Origin: a virus
Lineage: Duplodnaviria > Heunggongvirae > Uroviricota > Caudoviricetes
Virus record (IMG/VR): IMGVR_UViG_3300043313_001192
Span: 89,598-153,597 of that record
Reading direction: 5' to 3' (one strand)
DNA length: 64,000 nt
This document shows, piece by piece, positions 9,319 to 18,544 of the stretch (positions are counted from its first letter, which is position 1; each line of letters starts with the position of its first letter). Under the pieces are notes generated by a model. The model had not been told where the DNA came from and did no database searches. It worked only from the letters and a program-made list of their open reading frames with translations. A program made the translations under genes and the position numbers.

Positions 9319-10068
9319 TCAGGTGGCCCCGTAGACCTTCTCGATCATGTGAGTGATGTTCAGGTCGTCGGACTCGACGACCGTGCCCAGACGTCCACCG
9401 ACACGTTCACCGGCGATGAACTTGTTGGACGCCTTGATGTGCATCCGCCGGTAGGACACCGGAGGTGCGGATGGATCCGTGCTCGGCCACTCCTCGATGG
9501 CCAGGTAGCCGGTGATGTCGTACAGGTACGGAGCGGTGACCGCCGACTGGCCCTGCAGGTAGGGACGACGCACGCCGTTCTGCTCGCGCGTCATCGCGGT
9601 CAGCACGACCGCCTGCAACGGGTTGCTCGGGTGCATGGTCAGGTCGCGCAGGTCCCGCATCAGTCCGGTGATCGCCCGCAGCAGCTCGCCCCAGGTCTGG
9701 AGCTGCAACTGCTCACGCCCGGCGATCGACTCGATCGCCTTCACCTGCAGCTCGGAGATCGAATCCACGATCACCGACCTGAACGGGTGCTTGCCTGACT
9801 GCAGCCATGCGTAGGACCTCAGCATCTGGTCGTACGACGTGGTCACCACCACGCAGGTGTCCCAGGAGCCGTCGTACTCCGGCGGCTCCGAGGTCATCGG
9901 GTCCCAGTACTTCACCTTGATCGGCAGGAACTTGTGCCCACCTTCGACGTCGTGCATCAACCGTGGCTCTGGCGCACTCACCGCGAGCGTCGACTTTCCA
10001 GTCTTCGACTCGCCGTGAATCATCAGGGTCAACGACTTGTTGATCCCATCAGCCACCATCAGCCTCAC
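9319..10068 (-). CDS. AAA_24/Sak4-like RecA-fold ATPase
   Basis: Walker A LMIHGESKTGKSTLAV; Walker B-like VIVDSISEL; 249 aa, typical of phage recombination ATPases. Confidence 0.55.
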   Translation of the reverse strand: MRLMVADGINKSLTLMIHGESKTGKSTLAVSAPEPRLMHDVEGGHKFLPIKVKYWDPMTSEPPEYDGSWDTCVVVTTSYDQMLRSYAWLQSGKHPFRSVIVDSISELQVKAIESIAGREQLQLQTWGELLRAITGLMRDLRDLTMHPSNPLQAVVLTAMTREQNGVRRPYLQGQSAVTAPYLYDITGYLAIEEWPSTDPSAPPVSYRRMHIKASNKFIAGERVGGRLGTVVESDDLNITHMIEKVYGAT

Positions 10069-10426
10069 CTCCTCCTTCTTCTCCGTTGTTCATCTGCCAT
10101 GGGTAGGAACCCTTCTTGCTGACGTGGGCGATCATGATCCGCACGTCAGTGCACTCGATTCGGGTCGGGATGATCTCGGTCATCTTCCGGACGTCGACGT
10201 CGCAGGTGATCACCCAGTCCTCGCCGATGTCGAAGTCGCTGTCGCCGATGATCTGGTTGCCCTCGCGGCGGATGTTGACGATCGTGCCGACGATCCCGCC
10301 GTTGGCGTTGTCACCGCCGTGGACCACCGGGACCGCCTTCTTCGACCAGGTGGTGCTGCCTGGTGTGATCTTGCGGCCGTCCTCGGTCCACTCGCCCTCG
10401 CGCAGCAGCTCGTAGGTGAACATCAC
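10049..10426 (-). CDS. hypothetical protein (125 aa)
   Basis: ORF MMFTYELLREGEWTEDGRKITPGSTTWSKKAVPVVHGGDNANGGIVGTIVNIRREG... Confidence 0.4.
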   Translation of the reverse strand: MMFTYELLREGEWTEDGRKITPGSTTWSKKAVPVVHGGDNANGGIVGTIVNIRREGNQIIGDSDFDIGEDWVITCDVDVRKMTEIIPTRIECTDVRIMIAHVSKKGSYPWQMNNGEEGGGEADGG

Positions 10427-10992
10427 AGCTCCTCGACGCCGCGCAGGTGACGCGGGTCGACGTACCAGTGGTAGTCGTCGGGCTCACCACACCGGGTGCC
10501 GGTCTCCATGAACTCGTCCCCGGCCCACCAGCCCATGCCGACCGCCCACCAGGAGAGGTCGGTGTCTCGCAGGATCCAGACGAAGACGCTGCGGCGCTTG
10601 CGGATGTTCTCCCGTTCTTCCTCCCGGAAGATCGCCTTCTTGGCCAGGTGGTCGGTGCACGCGACGTCGATGTCGTCGCCGACGTCAGCGATCTCCATCC
10701 AGACCTCGGTCTTGTACTTCCAGTCCAGGCCCAGGAAGTCGGCCACCATCTTCTGAGCGAGCCAGTTGTTGCGCGTCCGGACCACACGGACACGGGGTGG
10801 CTCGTTGGTGTGCCGAGCGTGGTTCCGCTCGTTCTTCATGCTGTCGATGACCACCTTGGTTGCCTCGGTGGTCGCTTCGTGGAAGAGATCCTCGGTGATC
10901 TGGCCGATCACTCGGTACCAGCGCTCATGGTCCAGATGCCACATCCAGCGCTTCTCGGGGTCGAAGAGCAGCGGCTCCAGCACGGTGCTCAT
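10423..10992 (-). CDS. hypothetical protein (189 aa)
   Basis: [59 protein letters not shown]...; ATGA overlap at 10423. Confidence 0.45.
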   Translation of the reverse strand: MSTVLEPLLFDPEKRWMWHLDHERWYRVIGQITEDLFHEATTEATKVVIDSMKNERNHARHTNEPPRVRVVRTRNNWLAQKMVADFLGLDWKYKTEVWMEIADVGDDIDVACTDHLAKKAIFREEERENIRKRRSVFVWILRDTDLSWWAVGMGWWAGDEFMETGTRCGEPDDYHWYVDPRHLRGVEEL

Positions 10993-11729
10993 TGGTCCCT
11001 CAGCTTGAAGCTACGGTGCCTGCGCTTCGGCTTGGGCGGCTGTACGGGTGGCAGCGTCTTCTTCACCCAGGGCGGGCGCAGCATGGTGGCGCTCTGCCGG
11101 GTCGCAGCGCGGTAGTAGCCCTGCTCGATCAGCTCGACATCGGCCAGTGCCTTGAGCAGCTTGCGGTACTGGTGCCAGCTCATCAGGTGGTCGATGTAGA
11201 GGTGGTGGTGTCCGGTGTGGGTGGACTGCACCAGCGTGACCGGGAAGTCCAGGTCGAGCATCACCGTGTGCTTGCCGTTGTACTTGCCGTTCTCGATCAC
11301 CGCCGAGGAGACCATCTCGGCGTTGGCGCCGTTGGACTCCACCAGCGCCTCGACCTGCCAGGTGCCGTAACCGTCGTCGTGCGTCTGGGTCTCCTTGCGG
11401 AAGAACGGGTGCGCGTACTTCGAGGGGATCGTGCCCTGCAGCAGCGGACCAGGGCCGCAGATCGCGCAGTTGACGTGCTCGAAGGTGGCGTCCGGCCAGA
11501 TCTGGTGCTCTTGGTCCTGGATGAACCGGTCGTTCTCGTCGAGGGTGATCGCTGCCTTGATCGGCTTGCGGTTCTGGGCCTTGTGCCGCAGCGGCGTGGA
11601 CTTCACGTAGGCCAGCCGCAGCAGCGACCACAGTCCGAAGAGCCAGACCGCGGTGACGAAGAAGTCGCGTAGCAGTGTCATGGCCAGACCTCGTCGTAGT
11701 CGACGATCCACCGTCGGGCCAGCTCGCAC
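10989..11729 (-). CDS. membrane protein (start may be 11681)
   Basis: TM segment [24 protein letters not shown]; 246 aa from the first ATG, or 230 aa from MTLLRDFF, which would ATGA-overlap the RyR gene stop. Confidence 0.4.
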   Translation of the reverse strand: MRAGPTVDRRLRRGLAMTLLRDFFVTAVWLFGLWSLLRLAYVKSTPLRHKAQNRKPIKAAITLDENDRFIQDQEHQIWPDATFEHVNCAICGPGPLLQGTIPSKYAHPFFRKETQTHDDGYGTWQVEALVESNGANAEMVSSAVIENGKYNGKHTVMLDLDFPVTLVQSTHTGHHHLYIDHLMSWHQYRKLLKALADVELIEQGYYRAATRQSATMLRPPWVKKTLPPVQPPKPKRRHRSFKLRDQ

Positions 11730-12097
11730 AGCGCCACGAACACCGCGTCCTTGTCCTGCTCGTGCGGTTCGAGCTGGTCGAAGGGCACCATGTCCGGGTG
11801 CTCCTTGAGGATCACGCTGCGCTTCGGGCCGTACTTCCAGCCCATCTCCTCATAGGACTTGACCCAGTCGTCGTGCAGCTCCTCGGGGCTGGACTTGCGG
11901 TCCTCGCTCATCATCATCTTGATGACGTTGAGGAACTGGGTACGGAACTTCTGGTCGCGTTGGGGCCACGGCTCCGGCACGATCGGTGCGTACACCGCAG
12001 CTGCCTGCAGCCGGGCGCCCTCGTAGACGAAGATCGCCTGACGCTCCAGCAAGGTGCCAGTAGGCCAGTGCACGGGCTCGGTATTGATGTTCGTCAT
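11678..12097 (-). CDS. RyR-domain protein
   Basis: [47 protein letters not shown] matches the ryanodine-receptor (RyR) domain pattern (HE.W......GW.YG..R......HP.L.P(F/Y)..L...E...D) common in phages. Confidence 0.55.
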   Translation of the reverse strand: MTNINTEPVHWPTGTLLERQAIFVYEGARLQAAAVYAPIVPEPWPQRDQKFRTQFLNVIKMMMSEDRKSSPEELHDDWVKSYEEMGWKYGPKRSVILKEHPDMVPFDQLEPHEQDKDAVFVALCELARRWIVDYDEVWP

Positions 12098-13032
12098 GCG
12101 TCGTCCTTGTCGTCCTTGTAGTAGGCATAGGGGTCGGCTCGCACGTAGAGGTCACCGAGCATCGAGGAGACGTCCGAGCCGTCGTCCATCAGCGGGCACA
12201 CCTGGAAGAACGGGCACCACCACTTGCAGTCCCGTGTCGGGGTCGGATAGGCGACCGAGCGGTGATCCTCCCCGGAGTCGAGGTTGTCGCGCACCCACAG
12301 CAGGTCGGTCAGGATGCCCTGGGTGCGGGTCCAGAACGAGCGCAGCGTGAACACGTTGTGCCGGATCTCGTGCTGGCGGTAGAACGGCGGCTTGGCCCGG
12401 ACGCCGCGCTTGACCTTCTTGATCAGCCGGAACACACCACCGGCGAGGCGCTGGTCCGCGTCCGGTCCCTTGCGGTTGACGAAGTCCAGGGTTTGGTAGG
12501 TCATCAGCTGCGGGTTCATGTGCCCCCAGCTGGGGAAGTCCTCCAGCGAGGCGGTGGTCTTGTGGTCGAGCACCAGGTTGGCGCCGTCGCGCAGGTCCTG
12601 CACGCGCAGGTCGATTTTGCCGATCAGCTCGACCCGGCCACCGAGCATCGGGGTGGCCAGGATCTCCTCGACGCCGATGATCTTGTAGATCGAGTCGATG
12701 CCTTCCTCGGCCACCCAGTCCTGGTAGCCCTCCAGCATCAGTCGGCCGAGTTCACCCTCCTGCTCCAGGGTGGTCAGATCCTGCCCGATCGAGGCGGCCA
12801 GCATCCTGTCCTCGGTCATCAGCAGGTCGTACTGCTCCAGCAACGGGCCGGTGCCCTTGTAGTAGACCTCCAGGGCGGCGTGCACGCGGGAGCCGAGTGC
12901 CAGCGCTCCGGTGACGACGGGCTCGCGGGTGTGCCAGCCCTCGTAGTAGGTGAGCATCCAGCGTCGTCGGCACTTCTGGAACATCTGGATCTCCGAGTTC
13001 GAGACCCGGATCGGCTCGGTTTCGCCCATGGT
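12094..13032 (-). CDS. Cas4/RecB-family PD-(D/E)XK exonuclease with C-terminal Cys cluster
   Basis: Real start judged at [26 protein letters not shown] (ORF 12094..13191 begins with Arg/Pro run-on). Nuclease core ...[23 protein letters not shown]...; C-terminal [11 protein letters not shown] as in Cas4-like 4Fe-4S exonucleases. Confidence 0.55.
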   Translation of the reverse strand, partial: TMGETEPIRVSNSEIQMFQKCRRRWMLTYYEGWHTREPVVTGALALGSRVHAALEVYYKGTGPLLEQYDLLMTEDRMLAASIGQDLTTLEQEGELGRLMLEGYQDWVAEEGIDSIYKIIGVEEILATPMLGGRVELIGKIDLRVQDLRDGANLVLDHKTTASLEDFPSWGHMNPQLMTYQTLDFVNRKGPDADQRLAGGVFRLIKKVKRGVRAKPPFYRQHEIRHNVFTLRSFWTRTQGILTDLLWVRDNLDSGEDHRSVAYPTPTRDCKWWCPFFQVCPLMDDGSDVSSMLGDLYVRADPYAYYKDDKDDA

Positions 13033-13219
13033 GCTCACTGCTCCGTCTCGTGCTGGTTCATCAAGAGGATCGAGTGCCCGGTGCCGCCCATGTGTGCGTC
13101 GGTCCACGACGTGCGGACGTCCTTGTTGTCGAAGGGCATCGGCATGAAGTTCTCCGGGTGGTCGATCAGGTCGCGGAGGTTGCCGTTGCACTGGACGCAG
13201 ATCGCGAGGTACCAGGTCG

Positions 13220-13516
13220 TCACTCGGGGGTCAGCCCCTCCGGGGAGTCTGGGATGCCGATGAACTCCAGGTCCTTGCCGATCGAGTTGAAGACCGCCTT
13301 CATGTGCACGAACAGCTCGGCCATCGCCTCGGCCTCGCTGTCGTAGCCGTGCAGCACGATGCCGCCGCGCTGGCGGTCATTGAGGAACACGATCGCCTTG
13401 ATGTCGGCGTTCTCCGGCCGTTCGCACGGCACCGTCATCTCGGCGCACAGATGGGTCAGCCGGTCCACCGGGTGATCGTTGGTGGTGACCTTGTCGTCGT
13501 TGATCTCGTCGCTCAT
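13220..13516 (-). CDS. hypothetical protein (98 aa)
   Basis: ORF MSDEINDDKVTTNDHPVDRLTHLCAEMTVPCERPENADIKAIVFLNDRQRGGIVLHGYDSE... Confidence 0.45.
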   Translation of the reverse strand: MSDEINDDKVTTNDHPVDRLTHLCAEMTVPCERPENADIKAIVFLNDRQRGGIVLHGYDSEAEAMAELFVHMKAVFNSIGKDLEFIGIPDSPEGLTPE

Positions 13517-13523
13517 GTCTCTC

Positions 13524-14333
13524 CTACTGCCTCGGGAAGTCGGTGACTGCCACCAACGTGCGTTCGACGAAATGGATCTTGTGGTCGCTGTTGGCTGCCA
13601 ACGACCAGCGTCGCTTGATCGTGGCGTCGGAGCCGTGGCTGTGTTGCAGGTGGTCGATGCCCTTGGGTTGCCGATCGGCCACGAACAGCGCGGGCAGCAG
13701 CGAGCCTGGGTAGTACCAACGGCCCTTCTGGGTCAGCTCGGCGTTGTAGTCCCCGCCGATGCTGACCACGTCCCACAGGTTGGCCATGCTCTTCACACCG
13801 GGGTCCTGCACGCTCATCATCCGGGCCGCGAAGGACACCACGTCCAGCCAGTACTGGCCGATCGCCCAGTCCTTCCAGTGGGCCAGTGCGGCGGAGTCGG
13901 TGTTGCGGGGGTTGGCTTCCGGCAAGACACCGTGGGACGCGGTGTGCACATTGATCCGGAGCACCTTGTACCCGCTGGCCTTGTGGATCAGGCCGACCCA
14001 GGTGAAGTCCCGCTCAGGATTGACATTGGAGGGCACGCCCATCGCCTTGGCGCTCGCGTGCGCGTTGACCACACCCTCGCTCACCTTGCCCCCGATGTTG
14101 GCCTGGTCGAAGGTGGCGCGCCTCCAGGAGATCGGATTGCCGCAGCTGGCGGGGTGGTAGAGACCGCGGTGGGCATCCGCGCAGTGCTTCTTCACCGCGG
14201 CGCGCGCAGCGGCATTGGTGGCTTCCTGGTAGCCGGTGATGTCTCCACGTGCGGACTTGGCCAGATCCTGCTGCCACTTCGCCGGGGTGAGCGTGCGCAG
14301 GATGTTGTGTGATGCGTCGATGTAGGTGCTCAT
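13524..14333 (-). CDS. endonuclease/exonuclease/phosphatase (EEP) family protein
   Basis: 269 aa; GGDYN motif (canonical EEP GDxN), INVHTASH and DHLQHSH histidine clusters. Confidence 0.45.
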   Translation of the reverse strand: MSTYIDASHNILRTLTPAKWQQDLAKSARGDITGYQEATNAAARAAVKKHCADAHRGLYHPASCGNPISWRRATFDQANIGGKVSEGVVNAHASAKAMGVPSNVNPERDFTWVGLIHKASGYKVLRINVHTASHGVLPEANPRNTDSAALAHWKDWAIGQYWLDVVSFAARMMSVQDPGVKSMANLWDVVSIGGDYNAELTQKGRWYYPGSLLPALFVADRQPKGIDHLQHSHGSDATIKRRWSLAANSDHKIHFVERTLVAVTDFPRQ

Positions 14334-14554
14334 CAGGTCTCCTCGACCAGTGGTGCGGTCACTGCGCGCACCAGGTCGCGCAGCAGATCGGCTGGGTACT
14401 CCTCGCAGCCGACACAGTCCCCCGCGTCATAGGTGGCGACGTCGCCGTCCCGTGCCACGCACGGGGTCATGTCGGACTTCGCGCGTGGGCAGCCGATGTG
14501 CTCGGGGGCGTCGTTGTAGCGGCCGTAGCCGAGCACGCCCTTCACGACGTCGAC
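14333..14554 (-). CDS. small Cys-containing protein (start uncertain)
   Basis: C-terminal part of ORF 14333..14650 (…MTPCVARDGDVATYDAGDCVGCEEYPADLLRDLVRAVTAPLVEET). The upstream part overlaps gene 14542..14847. Confidence 0.3.
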   Translation of the reverse strand, partial: VDVVKGVLGYGRYNDAPEHIGCPRAKSDMTPCVARDGDVATYDAGDCVGCEEYPADLLRDLVRAVTAPLVEET

Positions 14555-14847
14555 TCCGTGTCGGTCGGGCCGTTCTTGACCATCGTCAACAGGTGGTTGG
14601 TCGCCTCGTTGATCATGTCGTAGGTGGTCTCGGCTGTCGGCACCTGCCACTGATGCACGCTCCAGACCAGCTTCACTGCGGACAGGGCCATCTCGCGCGT
14701 CGTGCCGGTGATGTAGGCCAGGTAGTGCGCCTGCATGCCCTGAGCCAGTGCACCGATCGCGGTGTTCGGGATGAAGATCGCAGGCGGTGTCGGTGGCACC
14801 ACCGGCGCTGGTGGTGTCGGGGACGGGACGCTCTCGGAGAGGTTCAT
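14542..14847 (-). CDS. hypothetical protein (101 aa)
   Basis: ORF MNLSESVPSPTPPAPVVPPTPPAIFIPNTAIGALAQGMQAHYLAYITGTTREMALSAVK... Confidence 0.45.
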   Translation of the reverse strand: MNLSESVPSPTPPAPVVPPTPPAIFIPNTAIGALAQGMQAHYLAYITGTTREMALSAVKLVWSVHQWQVPTAETTYDMINEATNHLLTMVKNGPTDTESTS

Positions 14848-14966
14848 GAGTGCGCCCCCAGCATCGTCAGCAGTCCGGCGCAGAAGAGGATGACGCTGAT
14901 CGCGAGCCCGAGCACGAACATGCGCAGGGCCGGGGAGTGCACGTGCCGTGGGTGGTGCTTGGTCAT
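14844..14966 (-). CDS. small membrane peptide (40 aa)
   Basis: Hand translation MTKHHPRHVHSPALRMFVLGLAISVILFCAGLLTMLGAHS*. ATGA overlaps at both ends (14963-14966 and 14844-14847). Below the ORF-track cutoff. Confidence 0.4.
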   Translation of the reverse strand: MTKHHPRHVHSPALRMFVLGLAISVILFCAGLLTMLGAHS

Positions 14967-15274
14967 CGAATCGCCGTCCCGTTGTAGCCGTACTTGATCA
15001 GGGCACACGTCTGGCTGTGCGGCGCCCGCTTCTGGAACTCAGCTGACTTGTCCCGGTGCTGGCAGGTGCAGCGCTCCCGCTCGCCCTTCGGCATCAGCGG
15101 GTGCAGCCGACGCACCGGGCAGGCGTCGTCGCTCTGCCGGTGCACTGAAGACGGGTTCCCGCAGTTGACACAGAACGGCCCGGCGATGATCTCGCCGTCA
15201 CCGAAGATGAGCATGCTGGGGGACTTGCGCGGCACGAAGATCCGGTCGGGCAGCGGCAACTCGGACTTGGGCAT
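14963..15274 (-). CDS. Cys-rich zinc-finger-like protein (103 aa)
   Basis: FCVNCGNPSSVHRQSDDACPVRR...CTCQH Cys clusters; ATGA overlap with the helicase stop. Confidence 0.45.
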   Translation of the reverse strand: MPKSELPLPDRIFVPRKSPSMLIFGDGEIIAGPFCVNCGNPSSVHRQSDDACPVRRLHPLMPKGERERCTCQHRDKSAEFQKRAPHSQTCALIKYGYNGTAIR

Positions 15275-17244
15275 CAGAGCGGCTCCCCGGTCAGGAACTT
15301 CCGCATCAGGGCCTCGTCGTGCACGATCTCCTCCAACATGTCGCGCTTGCGGTCAAGCGAGACGAGCTGGGCCATCTCCACGGTGCCGGGCGTGACGTAG
15401 TCGATCTTGGTGATCGACTCGTGCTCCTCCGAGCCGATCCGGTGTGCGCGGGCGATCGCCTGGTCCATCTCGACGGGGCTCCAGTTGCGCTGGATGAACA
15501 CCTCGACCGATGCCTTGGTCAGCGTGATCCCGGTGCCGCCCGCCTTGATGGTGGACAGCACGTACTGGAAGTCGCCGCGCTGGAAGTCGTCGATGGCCCG
15601 GTTGCGGGCCTCCTCGTCGATCGCGCCGGTGATCATCCCGTGCCGGATCGGTCCGCCCTTGTTGGCCGGGTTCTTGTGCAGCCGCTCGGAGAGCATCTCG
15701 ATCAGCTGCCGGGACTCGGCGAAGACCAGCACGGACTGGCCGTCGAAGTCGCCTATGTCACCCATGAACGCGTCCAGCTTCGAGGACGGGTTCTGCAGAA
15801 ACAGGTGCTCCTCGTCGCGCATGATCGGCTCGCCGGTGTAGGCGTCGACCAGCTTCTCGCCAGCGCTCACCATCGGCATCCCGGTGTCCGGGTCGGTGCT
15901 GTGCTTGGCGCCCCAGTACTTCCACTTGCCGGTCTCCGGATCGACGGGCACCAGGTGGGTGGACTTGGCCGTCATCTGGACCTTGACGATCCGCAGGTCA
16001 CCGTGGGAGGAGGCCAGCTGCATCAGCCGAGCCACCTGCACCATCGGGTTCGCAGCCAGCAGCACCCCGGCGTCGAGCTTGGCGATCATCAGGTCGCGCA
16101 TCTGCTCGTAGCTCTTCTTCTGGGTCGGGTTCATCTCCACGTCGCGCTGCTCGGGCACGATCGGTGGCAGGAACGGGAGCACCAGCTCCTTGGTCATCCG
16201 GCGCAGGTGCGGGTCGACGCCAGCGTGGAACTCCACGTCGTGGGTGGGCTTGATCCCGTTGACCTCCATCCCGCCCCAGATGTTGTAGGTGAAGCTGATC
16301 AGCCGCTCCACCCAGGCGCTCTTCGCGGGCCACTCCAGGCCGTCGATCCAGTGCAGGACCGGCCACAGCTCGGTGGGGTCGTTGGCGATCGGGGTGCCGG
16401 TCATCGCGAACCGGATCTCGGTGTCCCCCGACGCGGCCCACAGCGCGCGGGTCTGCATCGAGTGCGGGTCCTTGGCCCGGTGCGCCTCGTCGGCGACCAC
16501 CGCGGCGAAGTCGATCTCGTTCAGCTCGCGTTCGTGCACCTCGCACTGGGCCTGCTTGACGGTGCCGGAGCCGCCGCACTCGACGCACTTCTTCAGTGCG
16601 TGCGAGCCGAAGGCCAGCAGCCGGGAGTGGCTGCGCAGCCCCTCCCAGTTGATGATCACGAACGTGGCACCCGAGCGGATCTTCTTGCGGCGCTGCTCGG
16701 CGGATCCGGAGATCACCGCGACCTCCACCTCGGGGTCGCCCCACCAGATCCCCAGCTCGCGCTCCCAGGTCCGCTTCATCGTGTTTGGACAAACGACCAG
16801 AATCTGGCCGTCGAGCTGTCCGGCGTCCTTGAGCTTGCGCAGCGCGAGGATCGCCTGGATCGTCTTGCCGGTGCCCATCTCGTCGGCCAGCAGCGCCCGC
16901 TTGACCAGCGCCAGGAACTCCACACCGGCTCGCTGGTAGGGGTAGAGCCGCTCGTCACCCTCCAGCCCGGCCCCCATCGACTCGCGCAGGTGCATCGCCG
17001 GGTCGATCACGTCGCGCTTGCGCGCCCACGCCCACTTCGAGAGGTCGTCGCCGACCTCCAGGTCGTCGCCGAAGACGTCGCGCATCGCCAGGCACGAGGT
17101 CCAGGCCAGCGGCACCGACCACTTGTTGTCGTCCTTGGACCACCGTGCGCCGGGCAGGGTGCGGACCAGATCCTTGGCGGTGTAGGGGGAGGCGATGATG
17201 ATTCGGTCACCCCGACGGGGGTGGACATCGGCCTCGATCCGCAT
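15274..17244 (-). CDS. SNF2/RAD54-family DEAD-like helicase
   Basis: 656 aa; Walker A LADEMGTGKTIQ; DEAH box VVADEAHRAKD; helicase C-terminal block (LVFAESRQL...TGAIDEE...GGTGITLT). Confidence 0.85.
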   Translation of the reverse strand: MRIEADVHPRRGDRIIIASPYTAKDLVRTLPGARWSKDDNKWSVPLAWTSCLAMRDVFGDDLEVGDDLSKWAWARKRDVIDPAMHLRESMGAGLEGDERLYPYQRAGVEFLALVKRALLADEMGTGKTIQAILALRKLKDAGQLDGQILVVCPNTMKRTWERELGIWWGDPEVEVAVISGSAEQRRKKIRSGATFVIINWEGLRSHSRLLAFGSHALKKCVECGGSGTVKQAQCEVHERELNEIDFAAVVADEAHRAKDPHSMQTRALWAASGDTEIRFAMTGTPIANDPTELWPVLHWIDGLEWPAKSAWVERLISFTYNIWGGMEVNGIKPTHDVEFHAGVDPHLRRMTKELVLPFLPPIVPEQRDVEMNPTQKKSYEQMRDLMIAKLDAGVLLAANPMVQVARLMQLASSHGDLRIVKVQMTAKSTHLVPVDPETGKWKYWGAKHSTDPDTGMPMVSAGEKLVDAYTGEPIMRDEEHLFLQNPSSKLDAFMGDIGDFDGQSVLVFAESRQLIEMLSERLHKNPANKGGPIRHGMITGAIDEEARNRAIDDFQRGDFQYVLSTIKAGGTGITLTKASVEVFIQRNWSPVEMDQAIARAHRIGSEEHESITKIDYVTPGTVEMAQLVSLDRKRDMLEEIVHDEALMRKFLTGEPL

Positions 17245-17283
17245 CGGTCGACCGTACCCTTAGAGGCTTGTCATTGGGACCCC

Positions 17284-17311
17284 TTGACCGGCGTGTCGTG
17301 GCACTTAATAT
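17284..17311 (+). promoter_or_regulatory. near-consensus sigma70-type promoter (TTGACC-N16-TAATAT)
   Basis: -35 TTGACC at 17284-17289; 16-nt spacer; -10 TAATAT at 17306-17311; ~45 nt upstream of the RBS GAAGGA and ATG 17370. Confidence 0.45.
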
Positions 17312-17369
17312 GAGGAGAATCCTCAACCCACGTTGGGGAATCTCCAACCACCAATGAAGGATGAGGCCC

Positions 17370-17858
17370 ATGTTCCGACCCCGCGCACTCGCCATCGCGC
17401 TCGCTGCTGTCCTCAGCGGCGCGTTCCTGTCCGTACCGTCCGCCACCGCGGCTCCCGACGACGCTCGCGTCTCTGGGTTCCAGCGGTTCGTCGGACTCAG
17501 CACCACTGCTGACGAAGGCGCCGAGGCACCGATCGCTGCCAACGGCCCGATCCATGCTCACGGCACCGACGTCGTGATCAATGACTCCACCGACCGCTTC
17601 GAGTTCCGCGGGGGCAATGTCTTCATCCGGCACCAGACGTTCAGGAAGAGCGTCCGCAACCACTTCGACCGGATCACCTGCTACGGCACCCACACCGAGC
17701 GCGGCAGCTGGCGCACCACCGGCGGCACCGGGCGCTACGACGAGGTCCGTGGTCGTGGTCTCTACACCCTCTCGGTGCAGTTCTTCGGCTGTGACCCGCG
17801 CCAGGAGCCGGACGTCATCGCCGTGTCCATCGAAGCAGCCGGGCCGCTCAGCTACTGA
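17370..17858 (+). CDS. secreted beta-rich protein of unknown function (only plus-strand gene)
   Basis: Signal peptide MFRPRALAIALAAVLSGAFLSVPSATA/APDD; RBS GAAGGA 8 nt upstream; mature part GNVFIRHQTFRKS...TGGTGRYDEVRGRGLYT. An alternative ATG lies at 17361. Confidence 0.55.
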   Translation: MFRPRALAIALAAVLSGAFLSVPSATAAPDDARVSGFQRFVGLSTTADEGAEAPIAANGPIHAHGTDVVINDSTDRFEFRGGNVFIRHQTFRKSVRNHFDRITCYGTHTERGSWRTTGGTGRYDEVRGRGLYTLSVQFFGCDPRQEPDVIAVSIEAAGPLSY

Positions 17859-17867
17859 GCAGTACGT

Positions 17868-18380
17868 CTAACCACGCGTGGGCGGTGCGCAGGCGTTGAC
17901 CAGGTCCGAGATGGTCCGGTGCCCCGAGCGCCGGACCAGGGCCTGGATCGCGTTGAGATGGCGCCCCGCCCACGCAACTGCATACCCCGCACGTCGTCGC
18001 CGTCCGTCGAGCAGGAACCCGGTAGCCCGGTCGTAGGCAGCCATCCCACCCATCAGGTGGTCGTTGACGGCGACCAGGTAGCGGCAGTTGCGGCTCTGGC
18101 CCTGCAGGGTCGCGCGCTCCCCCGTGGTCCGGGACAACGCCTGGGTGGTGCTGGCCAGCCGGTCCTGGGTGGTGTGCAGCATGGTCCCGGTCTCACCCAG
18201 GGCGTTCCGGGTCAGCTCCAGACTGAGCCGGGTGCTGGCCAGCTTGTGCTCGGCGCGGTCAGCTCGCGCGGCATCGTGGCGTGCGTGCACGTACATGGTC
18301 CCGCTGAAGACGATCCCGGCAGCGATCAGGACGGCGATGGTGAGCCCGGAGGCGATGCGGCGCAGCGTGGGGTAGTCCAT
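17868..18380 (-). CDS. membrane-anchored coiled-coil protein
   Basis: Start judged at MDYPTLRRIASGLTIAVLIAAGIVFSGTMYV (one N-terminal TM segment), followed by coiled-coil-like sequence; convergent with the plus-strand gene. Confidence 0.45.
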   Translation of the reverse strand: MDYPTLRRIASGLTIAVLIAAGIVFSGTMYVHARHDAARADRAEHKLASTRLSLELTRNALGETGTMLHTTQDRLASTTQALSRTTGERATLQGQSRNCRYLVAVNDHLMGGMAAYDRATGFLLDGRRRRAGYAVAWAGRHLNAIQALVRRSGHRTISDLVNACAPPTRG

Positions 18381-18544
18381 CACTGGCTCCTGTCGTTGTG
18401 TCGTGGCGTCGTTGGTCGTGCGTCTGGTCCCAGAGTAGCGCAGCACACCGAGTCGTCAGGATGTTCTGGTCTAGTCCGTCAGAGAAAGTTGCCGCAGATT
18501 CAGGGGGGTAACCGGCTGCGTGGACCTATAAGGAAGCGAGCGAC

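Noticed and set aside
15319-17313. 664-aa plus-strand ORF
   Set aside because: Antisense of the SNF2 helicase gene, which has clear Walker A/DEAH/helicase-C motifs on the minus strand.
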